Positions 63,565-64,000 of a stretch of 64,000 nucleotides of DNA are shown piece after piece. This DNA is from Octopus bimaculoides. Its lineage: Eukaryota. Numbering within the stretch: position 1 is the first letter of the stretch; the number at the start of each line of letters is the position of its first letter. The notes beneath the pieces are model-generated. The model worked only from the letters and a program-made list of their open reading frames with translations, had not been told where the DNA came from and did not search any database. The position numbers were made by a program, and so were the translations under genes. Location of the stretch: NCBI RefSeq assembly GCF_001194135.2, contig NC_068994.1, positions 24,494,944-24,558,943 on the forward strand, given 5' to 3'.

Positions 63565-64000
63565 TCTGTATATATAAAAGGCAGGATGTATGTGTGCGTG
63601 TGTGTGTGGTTACGTGAATGTAATTTATGCACGTCCACAAATTAGCACGCATGTCGCTCCAATTTTAGGAGGACATTCGTCATGACCCTAGCTGTATTTT
63701 CGTCAACTTATTTTTCCCGGAGGCACCAGCGAATAGCAGTAAAAATTAATTTTCAACCAAGACTTTTAACAATTTTCAAGTCGGAGAAATCCACCATTGT
63801 TTACAACAGGAGTTAAGTCCCCTTCTAGCGACGCGTAAGTTTTTGTTAAGACTTTTGTTGTTGTTTTTCCATCGAGTGTTTTGTTGATATACGGGCAATA
63901 CACACACACACATACGAACATGTATACGTACAAAAAATATGTATCCAATTAGTGTACGTACGTACGTGTATGTATGTGCGTTGCCCATATATATATACAT
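63565..64000 (+). mobile_element. 5' end of a non-autonomous Helitron
   Basis: A|TCTGTATATATAAAAGGCAGGATG(TG)n start, the same architecture as the element at 55330. Confidence 0.6.

Overview
AT-rich, repeat-dense animal (eukaryotic) genomic DNA with six assembly gaps. The SINE and RTE families resemble those I know from octopus genomes; the taxon is my inference, not a database result. One spliced protein-coding gene can be assembled on the + strand: exons 1767-2400, 24249-24535, 26649-26865, 27441-27555 and 45912-45951. All four introns are GT-AG and phase-compatible, giving 1293 nt = 430 aa + stop. The product is unrecognised. It has a basic N-terminus, an Ala tract, a Cys/His-rich module split by intron 1 that resembles WRKY/GCM/FAR1-type Zn-binding folds, and a coiled coil. 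The two large introns and the 3' flank are filled with decayed transposons: pogo, Tc1/mariner, two Buster/Charlie-type hATs, a solo LTR, two Penelope-like remnants, several RTE LINEs, a Rep-helicase Helitron, non-autonomous Helitrons, MITEs and several SINE families. The most unusual structural signals are a ~350-bp tandem repeat built around a TA-flanked 11-bp-TIR cassette (16.0-22.1 kb), a dense cluster of long and nested inverted repeats at 57.4-63.4 kb that includes ~1.1-kb arms enclosing a CpG-rich promoter-like segment, and several perfect palindromes. I found no rRNA, tRNA gene or CRISPR array.
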